Shown: positions 60,200 through 64,000 of the stretch, piece after piece | Layout of the letters: each line of letters begins with the position of its first letter | Numbering within the stretch: position 1 is the stretch's first letter | DNA from: Promethearchaeota archaeon | Lineage (GTDB): Archaea > Asgardarchaeota > Lokiarchaeia > Sigyniarchaeales > SOKP01 | Direction of reading: 5' to 3' | Assembly (NCBI GenBank): GCA_019058445.1 | Contig: JAHPZA010000006.1 | Span: 352,001-416,000, forward strand | Length of the DNA stretch: 64,000 nucleotides | The notes under the pieces: model-generated | The model's database searches: none | Seen by the model: the letters and a program-made list of their open reading frames with translations, nothing else | Told to the model about the DNA's origin: nothing | Program-made: the position numbers and the translations under genes

Positions 60200-62062
60200 A
60201 TGAGCGAAAAATTATTAGGTTATAATGGAAAATTAGCGTATATTGATTTAAATTCTAAGAAAATCGAAGTTAAAGATTTAAATCCTAAAATTGCCGAAGA
60301 TTATATAGGTGGTGCAGGCTTATCTGCAAAATTAACATATAATTTACTTACAGACTCGGATTATGAGGTCTTAAAGGATGATTCTTTATCCGCAAATAAT
60401 CCACTGATTTTTGCGACGGGACCGCTGACTGGAACTGCCACACCTTCAAGTAGCAGGTATTCTATAACTGCAATTTCGCCCTTAACTGGAATTTGGGGTG
60501 AGACAACATCTGGAGGCTTTTTCCCGTTAGCCTTAAGAAGAAGTGGATTCGATGCGATTATTATTACTGGGCAAGCTCAACAACCAGTATATCTCCACAT
60601 AAATAATGGAGAAGTTAACATCAAAGATGCAAATGAATTATGGGGTAAAAATACCAGAGATACAATAGAGTTAATTAGAAAAGAGTTAACAGATGATAAA
60701 ATTAGAGTGGCTTGCATTGGGAAAGGCGGAGAAAATTTAGTAAATTATGCATGTGTTATAAATGATGAGGGAAGAGCTGCTGGAAGATGTGGTTTGGGCA
60801 CAGTGATGGGAAAGAAAAGGCTAAAAGCCATTGCAGTGAAAGGTAATAAATCAATTGAGTATTCAGATAAAGAGGGATTAATGAAAGAAGGGAAAAACGC
60901 ATTAAAAATGCTAGACGCTTCCTTTGCCGTAAGTTTTTGGAATCACTATGGGACATTATGCTATACTGATATGGGAATGATATTGGGAGATGTACCAGTG
61001 AATTATTATACTAAGACGGAATTTGCTGCTGAAACCTTAACGGGAAGAACTTTAAAAGAACGTTATCCCGTCATGAATTACGCATGTGCCGGATGCACAA
61101 TAGGATGCGGGAGAACAACGATGGCAGATATTGACGGATCTGAAGTTGAAATAGATGGTCCCGAGTATGAGACTACAGCAGCTTTCGGTCCAATGTGTGG
61201 GATTCTTGATTTTGAGCCAATTCTCAAAGCAAATCACATATGCAATCTCGAAGGAATAGATACCATCTCTAGTGGAGTATCCATTTCATTTCTAATTTAT
61301 TTATGTGAGAAAAAAATCAATGTGGATAAAATATCTACTTATCTAAAAGATATTCCAGTAGAAGAGATTAAGTGGGGCAACGATAAATTACTCCTTAAAT
61401 TGATTAACCAGATTATTAATAGGGAAGGGATTGGAAATTTATTAGCTGAAGGCGTCAGAAAAATGGCAAAGGAATTTGAAGTTGACCCCGAGTTAGCGGC
61501 TCATGTGAAAGGGCTAGAAGTTCCTATGCATGATCCAAGAGCTTATGTTGGACAAGCACTCTCATATATGACATGCTGCGTAGGTGCAAACCATAATAAG
61601 GGTGATTTCTTCAATATCGATGGGGATGCTGCCTCATACGCAAAAGTTCGAAAAGGTGATAGATTTAGTGTTGACGGTAGAGAGGCTGCTGTACTTATGT
61701 ACCAAGATATCACTAATATTTATGATTCTGCAACAGTGTGCCAATTTCCCCATATTAAAATACCCATTTTGGGCAGGTTATTTAAAGCTGCTACGGGATT
61801 TAATAGCTTAGGAAATAAGAAAACTTTATTAATAGCTGGAGAACGAGCCAATAATCTGAAACGGGTAATTTCATGTAAACTAGGGTGTACCAGACAAGAT
61901 GATCACTTACCAAAAATTGTAACCGAGCCAATAGAAAGTGGTGGAGCAGCCGGAATCAAAATTGATTTAGAAAAAAATTTAAAAACTTATTACAATCTGC
62001 GTGGTTGGGATTGGGAAACTGGTGCTCCCTCAAATGAAAAATTAGAACAATTAGGGATTTAA
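60200..62062 (+). CDS. aor: Aldehyde:ferredoxin oxidoreductase (W/Mo)
   Basis: SPLTG, GRAAGRCGLG.VMG.K.LKA, CAGCTIGC, GPEYET, DTIS.G, MHDPR, YY.LRGWD. Confidence 0.92.
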   Translation: MSEKLLGYNGKLAYIDLNSKKIEVKDLNPKIAEDYIGGAGLSAKLTYNLLTDSDYEVLKDDSLSANNPLIFATGPLTGTATPSSSRYSITAISPLTGIWGETTSGGFFPLALRRSGFDAIIITGQAQQPVYLHINNGEVNIKDANELWGKNTRDTIELIRKELTDDKIRVACIGKGGENLVNYACVINDEGRAAGRCGLGTVMGKKRLKAIAVKGNKSIEYSDKEGLMKEGKNALKMLDASFAVSFWNHYGTLCYTDMGMILGDVPVNYYTKTEFAAETLTGRTLKERYPVMNYACAGCTIGCGRTTMADIDGSEVEIDGPEYETTAAFGPMCGILDFEPILKANHICNLEGIDTISSGVSISFLIYLCEKKINVDKISTYLKDIPVEEIKWGNDKLLLKLINQIINREGIGNLLAEGVRKMAKEFEVDPELAAHVKGLEVPMHDPRAYVGQALSYMTCCVGANHNKGDFFNIDGDAASYAKVRKGDRFSVDGREAAVLMYQDITNIYDSATVCQFPHIKIPILGRLFKAATGFNSLGNKKTLLIAGERANNLKRVISCKLGCTRQDDHLPKIVTEPIESGGAAGIKIDLEKNLKTYYNLRGWDWETGAPSNEKLEQLGI

Positions 62063-62257
62063 TTTGGCCGAAATTCCAATCTCTAACTTCTTTTATTTTA
62101 TTTTTTAATCATAATTTGCTAATAAACTTCTATAATATTTATAGGGAAAATTACTTCCTTCTAAATGATCTTAGAATAAGTAGTGAAGAAGCCCAAATTC
62201 TACTATATATTTAAACTATAAAAATTAAAAAAAGAGAATAAAAAAATTTTTAAGTTT

Positions 62258-62467
62258 TTATATGCCCCCGGCAATATGTGGAAGGATAACAATAGAATCC
62301 TCGGGGGAAATCTTCGTTGATTCATCGGCCTTCTTCCCATTCACAAGAATTCCAAAATATTTTTGTTCCAGATTCAATTCCACTAGAAGATCTTTAACAG
62401 TCATGGTCCTCTCAGGGGTGAAGGTCTCATAAATCCCAGTTTCTAACAATTCAGCAACTTGTTTCAT
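62258..62467 (-). CDS. MoaD/ThiS/SAMP-family sulfur carrier
   Basis: TVKDLL..L, ILVNG, ILPHIAGG-I; next to AOR. Confidence 0.8.
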   Translation of the reverse strand: MKQVAELLETGIYETFTPERTMTVKDLLVELNLEQKYFGILVNGKKADESTKISPEDSIVILPHIAGGI

Positions 62468-62752
62468 TTTTTAACCTCAATTAATTTATATTTAATAATT
62501 ATAAAACTGTTTTTATATTTATATTTATTGTCCTTATTTCTTTTAAGCATTTACACTTATTTCAATAAGTGTAACGTATAAATAAATTAATAACTAGTAT
62601 GAAAAGTTATGATTATCATCAATGATAATAACCAATTCTTTTAAATTTTACGATTTTGAAAAGAAAAACCATTCCTTTTTATTGTTCCCTTAATTCTAAT
62701 GCATAATAAATCTTTAATATTCATTATTCAATAAGCTTGAGTTGGTTTTGAG

Positions 62753-64000
62753 ATTATCGATGAGGAGGATTTCTTAGAATACACTGATTTCCTAGAGAAT
62801 TTACGAAGTTCGATAGAGAAAGTCCAGATAATTGAGGATGCAAAAGAGAGACATAAATCCATTCACCAACTTGTAGATTCATCCATTAAAACATCAGATG
62901 AAATTGTGAGTGATGGGGATTATTTTGAGGCGGGAGAGTTTTTATATTCAGCTGGGGAATTGTTAGAAGAACTTGATTATTCCCACGCGCTTAAATTGTA
63001 TAAACAAAATATAAAATTATGGGAAAAACTCATCGCAGATCTTATAATACAAGCAAAACTTCATGAGACTGCCGAGATTTACCTTCGTATTGCTGATTTA
63101 TATGGAGAAAAATTTAATGACATTAAAGCGAGAAATAAGAATATTCTAAAAAGTATCGAATACTTGATCCAGGAAATCAATATTCTCAAAGATTTCAGTG
63201 ATCCGGAAACCGGTAATTCAGACATGCGAAAATTCACTCAAAACTATGAAAATGTTGCTGAATTATATTTAAAGGTTTTCGATTTTAAGAATGCCATTGG
63301 TTTTTATGAGAATGTGATTGAACTCGCAAAACTTTACAGTTATTTTGATATTTTATCCTACTCTTATCAACAAATTGCGTTTTGTTATGAAGAATTAGAT
63401 GATTATAATAAATCAAAAGATATCATCCTGGATGGAATCGATTATTTTTCTAATTTATTTGAAGTATTTGAAGAGAAAAATAAATATTTAGCCCTAGCTC
63501 AAATTTGTCAAATTTTAAAGAATCTTTATAAGATCTTGGATGATGATGAGCAATTTTACAGTTATTCAAAAAAGGAAGCAGGCGCCTATATCAGTCTTGC
63601 AAAAGGACTTGAGAAAAAAGAAGAACAATTCCAAAAGATCGCTCGATACTATAGAGGTGCTGGCTTATGCTACCAAGAAATCAATAATAATTTAATAGAA
63701 TGCGCGTCTTGTTTTGTTTTAGCAGGCAATTACTCAGAAAAGGTTGAAGATTACTCTGGAGCTGCAATTAATTTCATTGATGCGGCTAACGTGTTTAAAG
63801 AACTTAATAATTTTGAGATGGCATACAAGCATTTTGTAAAAGCGGGAGATAATTACTGGAAAATTGAAGATTTAAATCCTTCTACTGAAAGTTATTTAAA
63901 TGCATATGACACGGCTATTGAAGGAAATTTGGAGTTTAATCGATTTGGTATATTTAATCAAATCGTGCGAGGATTAAATAAAATCGCAAAGGAGGGGCTT
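62753..64000 (+). CDS. alpha-SNAP-like/TPR helical repeat protein, 3' end runs off the window
   Basis: Open frame from 62741 to the window end: ...EAGEFLYSAGELLE...ARYYRGAGLCYQE...CASCFVLAGNY...AAINFIDAANVFKE...AYKHFVKAGDNY. Not in the ORF track; start uncertain (ATT/ATC near 62753 or a later GTG). Confidence 0.72.
   Translation, partial: MIDEEDFLEYTDFLENLRSSIEKVQIIEDAKERHKSIHQLVDSSIKTSDEIVSDGDYFEAGEFLYSAGELLEELDYSHALKLYKQNIKLWEKLIADLIIQAKLHETAEIYLRIADLYGEKFNDIKARNKNILKSIEYLIQEINILKDFSDPETGNSDMRKFTQNYENVAELYLKVFDFKNAIGFYENVIELAKLYSYFDILSYSYQQIAFCYEELDDYNKSKDIILDGIDYFSNLFEVFEEKNKYLALAQICQILKNLYKILDDDEQFYSYSKKEAGAYISLAKGLEKKEEQFQKIARYYRGAGLCYQEINNNLIECASCFVLAGNYSEKVEDYSGAAINFIDAANVFKELNNFEMAYKHFVKAGDNYWKIEDLNPSTESYLNAYDTAIEGNLEFNRFGIFNQIVRGLNKIAKEGL

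Noticed and set aside
534-61811. Short antisense or alternative-frame ORFs in the track (e.g. 1833-2159, 4888-5442, 12095-12421, 25325-25660, 50091-50423)
   Set aside because: They are shadows overlapping well-supported genes and have no recognisable motifs.
1-64000. Selenoprotein/SECIS, tRNA, rRNA, CRISPR array or integrase
   Set aside because: No in-frame TGA at a catalytic Cys position, no cloverleaf or rRNA-like tract, no spaced direct repeats and no recombinase motifs were seen by eye.

Overview
AT-rich archaeal chromosome window, most consistent with an Asgard (Lokiarchaeia-type) genome: it encodes Rab-like GTPases, ubiquitin-like and RING proteins, longin-like and alpha-SNAP-like proteins, archaeal AlaRS, DTD2, MptA and CofG/CofH. 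Left to right: (1) an F420/riboflavin/pterin cofactor cluster interrupted by two insertions (a zinc-finger endonuclease and a sulfatase pair), each of which left a diverged copy of the adjacent gene end; (2) housekeeping and eukaryotic-signature genes, including ftsZ, a Rab / membrane-Ubl / wHTH / Ubl / RING locus, alaS and tandem GTPase-zinc-finger paralogues; (3) a defence-like island (Vsr-like nuclease, AlbA_2/Schlafen, HEPN, AbiTii-like, minimal nucleotidyltransferase); (4) a cooS-like CODH gene, a sulfur-relay/Fe-S cluster, an ABC transporter, coiled-coil paralogues, rnz, ADH/AOR/MoaD and a SNAP-like gene. The main finding is that the apparently broken CODH gene contains a 32-nt insertion (44802-44833) that folds into a complete bulge-helix-bulge motif. 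Cutting it at the canonical tRNA-splicing-endonuclease positions restores the conserved PEY-MEQK reading frame, so it is a candidate EndA-spliced mRNA intron in an Asgard metabolic gene. Several genes also appear to begin at near-cognate codons (ACG, ATA, ATT). I saw no rRNA, tRNA, CRISPR array or integrase. All assignments come from motif recognition by eye; no searches were run.
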